Assembly: GCA_963743305.1 (NCBI GenBank)
Contig: CAVUPH010000032.1
Coordinates: 64,001 to 128,000 of the forward strand
DNA: 64,000 nt
Origin: an uncultured delta proteobacterium
Lineage (GTDB): Bacteria > Desulfobacterota > RBG-13-43-22
Direction: 5' to 3'
The notes under the pieces are model-generated. The model had not been told where the DNA came from. It was given only the letters and a program-made list of their open reading frames with translations, and searched no databases. The position numbers and the translations under genes were made by a program. Shown here in pieces: positions 21,378 through 31,290 of the stretch; position 1 is the stretch's first letter, and each line of letters starts with the position of its first letter.

Positions 21378-22037
21378 TCAGCCGGTGGCAAAAACCGATA
21401 AAGGCAAGGGCCGGACCGGGGCCCGGGCGGTCATCGGCTCCAGTTCCGCCGGCGACCGGCCCAGTTCCTGGGCCAGGATCTGGGTGACCAACCGCTCACA
21501 GGTCTGTCCCTGGCACAACCCCATGCCGGCCCGGGTAATGCGTTTAATCCCGCTGACCGTTTGCATCCCGTTGCGGATGGCCTCCTTGATCTGGCCTCGA
21601 GTGATCTCCTCGCAGCGGCAAATCACCAAGTCGTCGTCAGCCGGGGCGGTCCCCGGGGCCTCCGGTTTCAGGCCCGATGCCCGGCCCTTCAGGGCTTTAA
21701 ACCGCTCGACGACCCGATCGACGATCCGTTCCAATTCTTCATCCTCGGAAACCGGGGGTGGAGCCGCAACGCCCACCCCAGTTCCAGCCTCGGCCGTCTC
21801 GGTTGCCGGACCGGTTTCACCCCGAGACGTTTCTCGGCCGGGTTTCGATTCCGACGTCGTGGGAAAGGCGTCCGGCGGCGTCTCCGCTTCGGGACGGTAA
21901 ACCACCTCGATCCCCTGCTCCTGGATTAGATCCTGGGCCGCGGCCGATATCCGGGCCCCCTCCCTTACGGCTAAGGTTTTATGCCCCTCCCGGACCAGGT
22001 CTTCGATATCTCGAGAAAAAATAAATTCAGGTCCCAT
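21378..22037 (-). CDS. BFD-like [2Fe-2S] dehydrogenase subunit with added N-terminal domain and encapsulation peptide
   Basis: C-terminal ICRCEEIT...RAGMGLCQGQTC...TARAPVRP; internal helix EDEELERIVDRVVERFKAL between Pro/Ala/Glu-rich linkers. Confidence 0.85.
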   Translation of the reverse strand: MGPEFIFSRDIEDLVREGHKTLAVREGARISAAAQDLIQEQGIEVVYRPEAETPPDAFPTTSESKPGRETSRGETGPATETAEAGTGVGVAAPPPVSEDEELERIVDRVVERFKALKGRASGLKPEAPGTAPADDDLVICRCEEITRGQIKEAIRNGMQTVSGIKRITRAGMGLCQGQTCERLVTQILAQELGRSPAELEPMTARAPVRPLPLSVFATG

Positions 22038-22047
22038 GCGGGCGCCC

Positions 22048-22666
22048 TTATTCTTTCCGACCGGTTAGACCGTTTAAGGTTTCCACCACTTTAGCGGCGG
22101 CCGCCAAAATTTCCGATTCGGTCCCGGCCAGATAGAGCCGACCGGCGGCCCCGAAAAAACTCAGGTCCACCAGGCGGACGTTACAGTGTTTTTCCGCTTC
22201 GTTGGCGGCAATCGAGGAATAAGCCGCCGGGGTAACTTCCAGCAGATAGACGTCGTTGCCCCCTAAGATGAGCATGCCCCGACTGTTCCGGTTGATGATG
22301 ACGGCCTGATAGGGATCGATCTTGTTGACAATACTGGTCGCCAGAATCTTCGGGGTCAGCCGGTCTTCTGGCTTCAGACCGATTTCATTAAGGATCATCT
22401 GCCCGGCATGGAGGATCTCTTCTTGATCGAAGGAATGGATTTCCAGCATGCCGTATCTTCTTTCCACGATCATCTCTCCCGGGCGGGCACTGGTCACCTT
22501 GAGGGCTATATCGGTCAACCGGTTGATTTCAATACCCGGCACGACCTCCACAAAGAGGGAAGACATGCCCTCCACCGGAAGAAATCCCCGGCAGCGACAG
22601 GCGAAATAGAGAGGCGAATTGAGGCTGAAGCCGATCAAGATGGCAGTAAGCACGTAGTTCCGGCAT
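22048..22666 (-). CDS. BMC-T shell protein (CcmP/CsoS1D-like), paralog 2; +1 frameshift near 22609
   Basis: Corrected N-terminus MPELRAYCHLDRLQPQFASYFACRCRGFLP aligns without gaps to 19444-20061; IVERRYGMLEIH, AANEAEK, GAAGRLYLAG; AAGGAG RBS. Confidence 0.87.
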
Positions 22667-22678
22667 GGGTGGATCTCC

Positions 22679-23300
22679 TTAGCTGTTAATCCTGTTTTCT
22701 TGAATGAAGTCTTTGGTGATACGACGGAAGGTCTCGGACAACTCCTGGGTCTGGCAAAAGACTACCCCCAAGCCCTCCAATTTTTTTAACAAGCGTTCCA
22801 TTTCCGTTTTGAGGGCCTCGTTGGCCAGGACCTCGCAGACCATAAATCCGTCCCTGGCGGCGAGAACCCGCTTGCCTTGCAGCAGGGCCGAAAAAACCAG
22901 GTCGGGAGTCCGGATCATCGGCCATCAGATGAGCCACTTTGGAGGCCACCATCAGGCATAAAGTGGGTAGCACGAGCACATCGGCGCGGGCCAATACCTT
23001 CTCCAGCCCCTCGGGTTTGACCGTATCCAGGATGCACGGCGCCCCTCCCTGCTCACGGACATCGGCCCCACAGACCCGAGAACGCACTGCGGGAACCGTA
23101 TACACCCCGGACCAGCCGGCCTGGGCTTCCAAGAGCGGCAATTGTTTCAGCGCCTCTTCCAGCCGCCGAATCCCGGCTTGGAAAACAATCAGCGCCCGGG
23201 GTCCCGGAGGGGCCGAAGAACGGACCCGCGGCCTCCCTTGTTCGCCCGATTCCAGCAGGACTTCCGCCACCAGTTTCCGAATCTCTTCTTTCGAGATCAT
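22679..23300 (-). CDS. BMC-associated flavoprotein-like protein with N-terminal encapsulation peptide; +1 frameshift near 22904
   Basis: MISKEEIRKLVAEVLLES; ADVLVLPTL..ASKVAHLMADD...ALLQGKRVLAARDG...LKKLEGLGV as in BMC-locus flavoproteins. Confidence 0.7.
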
Positions 23301-23322
23301 GGTGTGAAAAACGTCTCCCTCA

Positions 23323-24171
23323 TCACGAGGCCTGTGCCCAGGCAACGGATTGGCCTTTCTCTCCTAGACAGGAAAGGGCGATCCCGTAGGGCGTTACGAC
23401 CTGGGGGACTTGAGGTTTAAAGACCTCCAGACCGAGATTCTGGGCGACCAATTCCGTTAAGCCACCCAACTCGCAGGTTCCCCCCACCAAACAAACCCTG
23501 GGGATGCCCTCGAACCCTTCCAAGGCTTTTCGAATAATGGCCGAAACCTTTTCAATCACCGGACGAACAACGGGGAGGATCTCCGGATGACGGGAAGGGT
23601 CGATTTTGATCCTTTCGGCTTCCTCAAAGCTGATCCGCAGGTGACCGGACAGGACCAGGGAAAGATGAACCCCTCCGGTGGCTTCATCACTGGTCCGGAT
23701 AATCCGGCCGTCTCGAATCAGGGCTATCCCCGTGGTTCCCCCGCCGATATCCACCAGGGCCCCATCTTGGAGGTTGAGAAAACGGTTGGCCGCCGTGGGT
23801 TCGTCCAGGACCCGGACAACTTCCAACCCGGCTCCCTGCAGGATATAGCGGGTGGTATGCACATTGCCGGATTCCGTCTGCGGGGGAAAGGAGGTAGCCC
23901 CCTGATCGATGGGCAGCGAAGAGCGGCTTCGGATTTCTTCCATTATCGCCTTCAACAGGGTGAGGGTCCCGAAGTAATCAATAATCAGACCGCTGCCTAT
24001 TCCTTCGGAGCGCCGCATAGCCGCCGCCCTGGGCCGTCCCTGTTCATCCACTACAATCACCTTACTCTTGTAGGTTCCCAGGTCCACCCCGGCAAACAAT
24101 TCCCGGGCCCCGGAGAAATCCCAAGTTTCCGGCCGATTCATGATCCGACGAATGGTCTTGAGGGCTGTCAT
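23323..24171 (-). CDS. eutJ: Ethanolamine utilization protein EutJ-like (actin/Hsp70-fold ATPase)
   Basis: GVDLGT, LDEPTAAN, VDIGGGTTG, DEATGGVH, LVGGTC, VTPYGIA. Confidence 0.88.
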   Translation of the reverse strand: MTALKTIRRIMNRPETWDFSGARELFAGVDLGTYKSKVIVVDEQGRPRAAAMRRSEGIGSGLIIDYFGTLTLLKAIMEEIRSRSSLPIDQGATSFPPQTESGNVHTTRYILQGAGLEVVRVLDEPTAANRFLNLQDGALVDIGGGTTGIALIRDGRIIRTSDEATGGVHLSLVLSGHLRISFEEAERIKIDPSRHPEILPVVRPVIEKVSAIIRKALEGFEGIPRVCLVGGTCELGGLTELVAQNLGLEVFKPQVPQVVTPYGIALSCLGEKGQSVAWAQAS

Positions 24172-24723
24172 CAGATTAAATTGGGATAAAGCTCCCGACT
24201 CAGGGAAGGGATCACCACATGGCTTTGAATCAACCCTTCATCGGTCAGGGCCGCTAAACCGGCGTCTACCGCCGCCTGGACGGAACCGACATCTCCGGTT
24301 AAGGAAACATAGGATTTTCCGGCCAGACCCGTGGCACAGCGGATCTCGATAATCTCCACCGCCGCCGCCTTAACTGCCGCATCGGCCGCCAGGATGCAGG
24401 AGGACGCCGAATAGGTTTCAATGATCCCCAGGGCGCCAATGTTCAGGATCTGGGTGGCGCAACTGAGGGCCGGAAAAATACTCGGGTGGACATTGGGGAT
24501 CGTAAAGGAGTCGACCAGAAACTCCCCGGCGATTTCCCGGCCCACGTCCACCGCAGTTCTGCACCGAACCGACGTCGCCGGCGATCAGGGCCAAATAGCG
24601 CCCGGGGCAGACCGGCCGGGCCATGATCAGCTCGACGCTGGCCGCTTTGATCATCTCATCGGCGCAGTGGACCCCTTTGGCCACGCTGTTCAGTTCGATC
24701 AGCCCAATCGCTTTGTATGCCAT
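24171..24723 (-). CDS. pduT: PduT-like BMC-T shell protein (Fe-S-binding Cys); +1 frameshift near 24558
   Basis: AIGLIELNSVAKG..ADEMIKAA..ARPVCPGRY..GDVGSV then ALGIIETYS..AADAAVKAA..GLAGKS..GDVGSVQAAV. Confidence 0.85.
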
Positions 24724-24727
24724 GACC

Positions 24728-26077
24728 CTACCTCTTCTCCCGTTGGATAACGACCTGCCCGTCCACCGAAACCACCCGACCGGCCAGACTGGCATGGATC
24801 CGGGCACCCAGGGCCTTCTCCGGTATCTCTCCCAGCAGATCCCCCTGGTTGACCCGATCACCGGCTTGGACGACGGGCCGGGCCGGCGCCCCTAAATGCT
24901 GTTTCAAGGGGATGGCCACCCGATCCGCCCGGATTTCCCGGGAATCGAAACGGGGATGACGGTCGTATTTCTTGATTTGAAGACGTTCCATCAGCCGCTG
25001 CGTCGGGATCCTTCTCCCCTCGCGAAAGGCCGAGGGCCGGTAGTCCTCCCGAACGGTAGGCCGCTTCACCCCTTGGGCCAGCAGTTCCCGTTTGATCTGG
25101 GCGTTGACCTCCCGCGGGGAGATCATCATGGGGCAGGCGTATTTTTCGCAGACCCCGCATTCCGAACAGATCAGGGCGTCTTTTTGGATCTCTTGAGCCG
25201 CCGGGGAGGTGGACCCCAGTTGCCGCATGATTTTATGGGGGTTCAGGGAATGTCCCAGCAAATAGCGAGGGCACATGTCGGTGCAGCGGGAGCATTGGCA
25301 GCAGGCCAAACGGGTAATATTCCGTAGACGGGCCGGATCCTTGATCTTATCCACGACCACCGGATGATCCGGAGCCAGGACTAAAAGGCCGCTGGTGGTC
25401 TTGCCGACCGGCGTCGCCAGATCCGAGACCACCTGGCCCATCATGGGCCCTCCCAGAACGACCCGAAATTCCCCGAGCACGGGCCCCCCCCGCCAACCCG
25501 ATCACCTCTCCGACCGACAGGCCGATGGGGACCTTCAGGATCAGAGGTTCCGCCACCTCTCCCCCGACGGTTAGATACCTTTCGAGTAACCGGGCGGCCT
25601 TCCTCCACGGCTTGGTCGATATTCAGGAGGGTTTCCACGTTGCTGACCACGGCCCCCACCTGCAGGGGCAGACCCCCCTTCCGGGACCACCCGCCCCATG
25701 ACCTCGTACACCAGGACCTGCTCATCCCCGGCCGGGTAGAAATCCGCCAGTTCAAAAAGATCGATCTTTTTGTAAGGCCCCCGCCCGACCTTATCCCGCA
25801 GGACGGCCAGGGCCTTTTGATGTTTTCCCTTTAGACACAGGGTTCCTTGAGGGGCCCCGGTGCATTCCATGACCCGCAGGAGACCCCGGAGGATCCGATC
25901 GGCTTCCTGCTCCAGCAGATAGGGATCACTCATCAGCAGCGGTTCGCAGGAAGCCCCGTTGGCCAGGACCCGCTCCACCCTGGCCTTCAATTTGACGTGG
26001 GTCGGGAAGCCGGCCCCCCCGGCCCCGACCACCCCGGCTTCCTGCACCCGGCTGATGATCTCCTGGCTCGTCATCAC
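24728..26077 (-). CDS. pduS: PduS/RnfC-like flavin Fe-S oxidoreductase; three +1 frameshifts near 25675, 25580 and 25485
   Basis: AGVVGAGGAGFPTHVK, NGASCEPLL, YPAGDEQ, GGPMMG, CCQCSRCTDMCP, CSECGVCEKYACP, QHLGAP, IHAS. Confidence 0.85.
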
Positions 26078-26087
26078 GCTGCTTTTC

Positions 26088-26363
26088 CTAAGTTCCGCTC
26101 AGATCCAAGCTGTCCACAATCCCCACCACCACCGCGTCCACGGGGATTAATTTCTCCTGGTCGAAGGCCTGCATGGCCGGACTGCCCTGGGTGATGATGA
26201 CCAGTTCTCCCACCCCCGCTCCGATTTCATCGGCCGCCACCAGGACGTCGCCGGCCGGGGTCAATTTCTTGCCCAACGGCTGGACAAAGAGCAGCCGCAA
26301 CGCGTGGATCTTTTCATTTTTTTTGGTCGACCAGACGTTCCCCATCACCTTGGCAATTTTCAT
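26088..26363 (-). CDS. eutN: BMC-P pentamer (EutN/CcmL family)
   Basis: MKIAKVMGNVWSTKK...VAADEIGAGVGELV...GSPA...PVDAVVVGIVD. Confidence 0.93.
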   Translation of the reverse strand: MKIAKVMGNVWSTKKNEKIHALRLLFVQPLGKKLTPAGDVLVAADEIGAGVGELVIITQGSPAMQAFDQEKLIPVDAVVVGIVDSLDLSGT

Positions 26364-26449
26364 GGTATCTTTCCCGAGACCCGCTTAGGCCGGTCTAGCC
26401 GTTAGATTCTCTCTTAGGTGTCCGTGATGCCGAAGCCAGGCCCCACCGA

Positions 26450-26755
26450 TCATCCCAGTCCTTCCCGGGCCTGAATGGCCTCCAGGCTGGTTTTGACCGC
26501 CGCAATATCCCCGAAGATCCCGATCATGGTCAAGTGCTGGGGACAGCTTCCTTTGAGGTCAAAGACATGAACGGCAGCGGCCTTTTCGGCAATGTCCGCG
26601 GCCGCCACCATATCCACCAACCGCCCTTGAACCAATCCCACGGCGCTGAAGTTGATGATCTCCAGCGTCTTCTTGCCGGTGGAACCCATCCGGGTCATTA
26701 AGATATCGATGACCCCCGGTCCGGGGTGGGTAATGAACTGAATATTCAGCGCCAT
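26450..26755 (-). CDS. GrpU-like BMC-H shell protein
   Basis: AVGLVQG..DMVAAADIAEKAA and the GSCPQ motif (GxCPQ of GrpU). Confidence 0.85.
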   Translation of the reverse strand: MALNIQFITHPGPGVIDILMTRMGSTGKKTLEIINFSAVGLVQGRLVDMVAAADIAEKAAAVHVFDLKGSCPQHLTMIGIFGDIAAVKTSLEAIQAREGLG

Positions 26756-26890
26756 CCTCTTTTCCTTATGGGTCCAGCCGGGCTGGTCCCCTTACCAAAA
26801 CGAATCCGGCCTCTCCGCCCGCGGGGATCGATTTTTTGTTCTGGCCGGGGGACTGGTCCCGACCCCGCGGTCAACCGGACCCGGAACGAT

Positions 26891-27172
26891 TTATTTTTCG
26901 GCCTTGGGGAGAATGAACTCGATATCCCCGTGGGGTCTGGGGATAACGTGGACCGACAGGAGCTCGCCCACCCTTTTGGCCGCCGCCCCGCCGGCATCGG
27001 TAGCGGCTTTGACCGCGCCCACATCCCCCCGGACAAAAATCGTCACCAAACCGCCGCCGGCATGCTCTTTTCCCACCATCTTGACGTTGGCCGCTTTCAC
27101 CATGGCATCGGCCGCCTCAATGGCACCGACCAATCCCCGGGTTTCCACCATACCTAATGCTTGTTCACCCAT
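26891..27172 (-). CDS. Canonical BMC-H hexamer (PduA/EutM-like)
   Basis: [26 protein letters not shown]...[14 protein letters not shown]...VHVIPRPH. Confidence 0.96.
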   Translation of the reverse strand: MGEQALGMVETRGLVGAIEAADAMVKAANVKMVGKEHAGGGLVTIFVRGDVGAVKAATDAGGAAAKRVGELLSVHVIPRPHGDIEFILPKAEK

Positions 27173-27197
27173 GTTTTTTTCCTCCTACAGTTTGTTT

Positions 27198-27701
27198 TTA
27201 TCGTTTCAATCGAATCGCCCTGGCCTTCATGGACCAGGCACGAGGTACTTCAATGGTTACCACGGCGGTTTGATCCATCCGCTCCGTCTTACGGACCGCG
27301 GTGGCCGGAGCCTCTCCTAAAACGGCCCCGGACCGATCCAAAACCACCACCAGCTCCCCCTTTTCCGGGAGCGGCAGAAACTCATGGGGCAGGGTCACCG
27401 CCGCCTTATCATCCGGCAGGCTTTCATCGACGATGAAAATGGCCTGACCCGGACAAATGGGCACGCAGGACTGACAGCCAATGCATTTATCTTCATCCAG
27501 GTGCGGGAGGTTGGTAATATCCCTCCCCACCGAGATGGCTTCGACCCGGCAACTGGCCTCGCAGGGGTTGCAGGGAATATGTTCGGTGCACTCGATCACG
27601 GCCACCGGCCCCCGCCGCCGCCGGGCTTCGGTAGGGATACCGGGACTGTCCCTTAATTCTTCTTCCGATAGAAAGCCTGTTTGCGATAATCCTGGGGCCA
27701 T
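27198..27701 (-). CDS. 4Fe-4S dicluster ferredoxin subunit of the dehydrogenase complex
   Basis: ECTEHIPCNPCEASC and CIGCQSCVPICPGQAIF. Confidence 0.87.
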   Translation of the reverse strand: MAPGLSQTGFLSEEELRDSPGIPTEARRRRGPVAVIECTEHIPCNPCEASCRVEAISVGRDITNLPHLDEDKCIGCQSCVPICPGQAIFIVDESLPDDKAAVTLPHEFLPLPEKGELVVVLDRSGAVLGEAPATAVRKTERMDQTAVVTIEVPRAWSMKARAIRLKR

Positions 27702-27706
27702 CCGTT

Positions 27707-28795
27707 TTACCTTTCCATCAGGGCGTAAAGTTGTTCCTTGTTCTGCCGGCGAGCTTCGCCATAGGGTCCGCTGCGCAAACCGGACATGCTTTCCAACTGC
27801 TCCGCCCGCTGGTGTTCAAAGGCGTCGGTATCCAAGTATCCCAGGCTGTGGGCCGCGGCCAATCCGGCAATGCGCCCCTCAATAATCGCCGTGCTGGCTT
27901 CCTCAATTCCGGAGACATCCCCCGCCACGTAAATCCCCGGAAGGGAAGTTTGCTGGTCGAGATCATGGATCGGCACATTCCCTCCCAAAGCGGAAAGCGA
28001 GGCCATTTTACAGCCGGCCATCCGCAAAAGCTGGGTCATCGGGTTGAGGCCCACGGCAATGCAGATGGTATCCACTTCCAGTTCCTTTTCCGTTCCGGCA
28101 ACGGGTTGCCACTTGGAATCGACCTCAACGATCGTAGCCCCGATCACTCGGTCACTCCCCCGGGCCTCCTTGATGGTATGGGACAGGAAAAAAGGGACCC
28201 CGTAGCGGGCCACCTTGGCCGCGTGGACCCCATACCCGGAAATCCGAGGGGCGGCGTCGATGACTGCGGCTATCTGGCATCCGGCTTGAAGCAGTTGAAA
28301 ACTGACCACGACCCCCACATTGCCGGAACCCACCATGAGAATGTTGTTCCCCGGCCGAACGCCATGAAGGTTGGCCATGGTCTGGGCCGCGCCGGCTCCG
28401 ATTACCCCGGGAAGGGTCCACCCAGGGAAAGGGATCATATTTTCCGAAGCGCCGGTGGCCACCAGAACCCGCTCCGCCTTGACCTCTTCAATCCGGTCCT
28501 GAATCATGACATTCATGGTCCGGTTCTCATAAATCCCCAGGACCACTGCCTTCAGAAGGACTTCCACGCCAAGTTGGCGGGCCTCGTCCAACAGGCTTTG
28601 GCCGATATGAAATCCCCGTTCCTGGGCGCGGTGTTCTTTGGAACCGAAAAACTTATGGATCTGTTTAAAGAGCTGGCCGCCCGGCCGTTCGTTTTCATCA
28701 AAAACCACCACTTCGACCCCGCAGCGGGCCGCCTCGATCGCGGCGGAAAGGCCGGCCGGTCCCGCCCCAATACAAACCAGTTCGCATCGTCTCAT
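27707..28795 (-). CDS. NAD(P)/FAD-dependent oxidoreductase subunit (sarcosine oxidase alpha N-terminal / HcnB-like)
   Basis: IGAGPAGLSAA, PGGQL, ATGASE..FPGWTLPGV, GSGNVG, YVAGD; ~362 aa with no folate-binding domain. Confidence 0.87.
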   Translation of the reverse strand: MRRCELVCIGAGPAGLSAAIEAARCGVEVVVFDENERPGGQLFKQIHKFFGSKEHRAQERGFHIGQSLLDEARQLGVEVLLKAVVLGIYENRTMNVMIQDRIEEVKAERVLVATGASENMIPFPGWTLPGVIGAGAAQTMANLHGVRPGNNILMVGSGNVGVVVSFQLLQAGCQIAAVIDAAPRISGYGVHAAKVARYGVPFFLSHTIKEARGSDRVIGATIVEVDSKWQPVAGTEKELEVDTICIAVGLNPMTQLLRMAGCKMASLSALGGNVPIHDLDQQTSLPGIYVAGDVSGIEEASTAIIEGRIAGLAAAHSLGYLDTDAFEHQRAEQLESMSGLRSGPYGEARRQNKEQLYALMER

Positions 28796-29115
28796 TTTTT
28801 CCCCGCCGGCGGCTCCGGTCCATGGCCGTGCTGCGTTTGGATTGACATACCCGCTTGAAGCGGTTCCACACAGGTCCGCACGTTGGGCCTTCCATCCACG
28901 ACCATGATGCAGTCGGTGCATCGGCCAATGGCACAAAACATCCCCCGGGGTTCTTTTCGTTTCGCCGTGTAACGGTGGATGATAACCCCGTTGCTCCGGA
29001 GGGCCATGGCGATGGGTTCCCCCGCGAAACCCTCCATCGGTTGTTGATCAAAGGTAAACCGGACCTTTTCACCCTTTTCAAAAGTCCCCAGAATGGGATG
29101 GTCCTCGATGCGCAT
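28792..29115 (-). CDS. [2Fe-2S] subunit (Fer2_4 / HcnA-like)
   Basis: GEPIAMAL...PRGMFCAIGRCTDCIMVVDGRPNVRTC. Confidence 0.88.
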   Translation of the reverse strand: MRIEDHPILGTFEKGEKVRFTFDQQPMEGFAGEPIAMALRSNGVIIHRYTAKRKEPRGMFCAIGRCTDCIMVVDGRPNVRTCVEPLQAGMSIQTQHGHGPEPPAGKK

Positions 29116-29149
29116 AGGTTTAAACCCGATTAGATGAAAATAATTTTAC

Positions 29150-29229
29150 GGGAATACTGGTATGGAGTAATGGAATATTGATTTTTTTCAGACCAGCGTT
29201 CCATTACTCTAATACTCCATATACTCCGT
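29150..29229. repeat. Imperfect palindromic intergenic element made of GGAGTAATGG/CCATTACTC units
   Basis: gggaatactggtatggagtaatggaa...ttccattactctaatactccatatactccg. Confidence 0.6.
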
Positions 29230-29259
29230 TTCCTTTCAGTCCTCTTGCTGCCGGGGTCC

Positions 29260-30583
29260 CTAACAAAATCCGAACATTTCCGTAAAAGTGAAGTTGGTCC
29301 CCACCAGGGGTATCCCGGTCATGGCGCAGGCCTCCAGAGTCAGGGAGCGGATGTCTTCCCGTTCCAGATTGGCCAGCTTGGTCTTCCCGGCGGCCTTGGC
29401 CAGGAGAACGGTCTCGTAAGTCATGGCCTGAATATAGTTGGCCACCCGTTGCGCCGCCGCCTCGATGTCCAGGTTCTTTCGCAATTCCGGGTCCTGGGTT
29501 CCGATCCCCCAGGGGCATTTTCCCTCGTGGCAGCGGAGGCAGACCACGCAGCCCATGGCGATCATGGCCCCGGTTCCGATGGCCACGGCATCGGCGCCGA
29601 TGGCCAAGGCCTTGGCTACATCGGCCCCGTCTTTGATCCCGCCGGAGACGATCAGACTCACCTCATCTTTGACGCCCATCTCCTCCAGGGCCCGGACGGC
29701 CTGGACCAGGGCCGGCAGGGTGGGGATCCCCAGGTGTTTGGAAGCCATGACCGGGGCGGCCCCGGTGCCGCCTTCGGAACCGTCGATGACGACGCCGTCG
29801 GCGCCGGTCTTGACGGCGATCTTGACGTCTTCCTTAACCCGGCCGGCGGCCATCTTGATGAAGATGGGGATCTGATAGTCGGTCACGTCCCGCAGTTCCT
29901 GGATCTTCAAGACCATATCGTCGGCCCCGAAAATATCCCCATGGCGGGGATGACTGTGCAGGTCAATACCTTCCGGCAACTGCCGGAATTGCGCAATTTC
30001 CTTGGTGATTTTACTGCCCATCAGGTGTCCGGAAAGACCGGGTTTGGCGCCGATGCCGGTGATCAGCTCCAGGGCATCAGCGGCCTCGATGTTGGTCAGG
30101 GAAAAGCCCATCCGGCTGGGGGTGATCTGCACCACCTGTTTATAGGAATTCGCTCGTTCTTCGGGAAGCAACCCGCCTTCTCCATTGTTGATCGAGGTCC
30201 CCACGATCTGGGTGGACTTGGCCAGAGCGATTTTGGCCTCTTTGCTCAAGGCCCCATAAGACATGCCGGAAATCATGATCGGCGTTTCAATGACCAGGGG
30301 TTTTTTGGCGAAGCGAGCCCCCAGGACCGTCCGGGTCTGGCAGTCCTCCCGGTAGGTGTCCACCGACAAACGGGAGAGCTGGGCCGCCAGGATGAGCAGG
30401 TCGTCGAAATTGGGATAGCGGGCTGGTGGAACCACATCCCCGTATCCGGTGCTTACCCGTATAGGCCTTGTATTTGACCTCGGCCACCGTTTCCGCATTC
30501 CAGACCCCGCGCTGGACATCCTTGGCCTTGGGCACCTTCCCTTTTTCCTCCTGGTATTGCTTATATTCTTTTTCCTCGGACAT
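29260..30583 (-). CDS. FMN-binding glutamate synthase domain protein (GltB2 / MgsC-like); +1 frameshift near 30421
   Basis: SGMSYGALS, NGEGG, GAKPG, HSHPRHGD, IDGSEGGTGA, SGGIKDGADVAKALAIGAD, CVVCLRCHEGKCPWGIGTQDP. Confidence 0.88.
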
Positions 30584-30585
30584 GG

Positions 30586-31290
30586 CTACCTCCCCGGCTG
30601 AACCTGAAGATGTTGGGGTTTGAAGAGGTAATATTCGTGGCGGCCCAGGACCTTCGGAACCACACTCCGGAAGTGGTCCACCCCCTGCTCCAGACCATAC
30701 TGCTTGAAAAGGCCTTCCAGCGCCTTTTTTTCTTCATCGGAAATGGGGATGATCGAGGCGTTTCCGCCCAGTTTGTCTTCCACCGCGGGGTCCAGGGTGT
30801 GAATGATGCCGTTGTACATGGACTCCCCAATAACCGGCCCCATTTCCCCGAGGACGATGATCCGTCCCCCCAGGGTCATGTATCCGGTCCACCGGCCCAC
30901 ACTGCCGCAAATGATGAGGTTGCCGCCTTTCATCCCCAGGCCGGCCCGGGTGCCGCTGTTTCCTTTGACCAGGATGGTACCCCCGAGCATGGAAGGGCCG
31001 CAGTTGCTGCCGGTGTTCATCTCGACGATGATCTCCCCGGCCTTCATGTTGTCACCGGTGTACCAGCCGGTATTCCCCTTGACGTGCAGGGTCGGACCTT
31101 CCAGGAACCCACCGGTGTAGAAACCGGTGCTGCCCTCGACGGTGACGGTGCCTTCCCCTTTTAAGGCTGTAGCGAAATTGTGGACCGAGTGGGAATTCTT
31201 GATAACGATTTCCCGGTCCTGCTTAATGGTTTCCCTCAGTTTTCGGTTTACATCCCAACTGGTCATCCCGGCAATGTCTAAATTGACCAT
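30586..31290 (-). CDS. GXGXG beta-helix glutamate synthase domain protein (GltB3 / MgsB-like)
   Basis: Repeating G..G...G..M.GG units (GNTGWYTGDNMKAG, GNSGTRAGLGMKGG). Confidence 0.85.
   Translation of the reverse strand: MVNLDIAGMTSWDVNRKLRETIKQDREIVIKNSHSVHNFATALKGEGTVTVEGSTGFYTGGFLEGPTLHVKGNTGWYTGDNMKAGEIIVEMNTGSNCGPSMLGGTILVKGNSGTRAGLGMKGGNLIICGSVGRWTGYMTLGGRIIVLGEMGPVIGESMYNGIIHTLDPAVEDKLGGNASIIPISDEEKKALEGLFKQYGLEQGVDHFRSVVPKVLGRHEYYLFKPQHLQVQPGR

Noticed and set aside
15404-27172. Classical Eut, Pdu or glycyl-radical microcompartment
   Set aside because: No eutBC, pduCDE, glycyl-radical enzyme or activase in the locus despite eutJ, pduS, pduT and grpU-like genes.
27707-29115. Hydrogen cyanide synthase (hcnABC) or opine oxidase
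   Set aside because: Same superfamily, but the extra ferredoxin and BFD subunits and the glutamate/BMC context do not support these specific calls.
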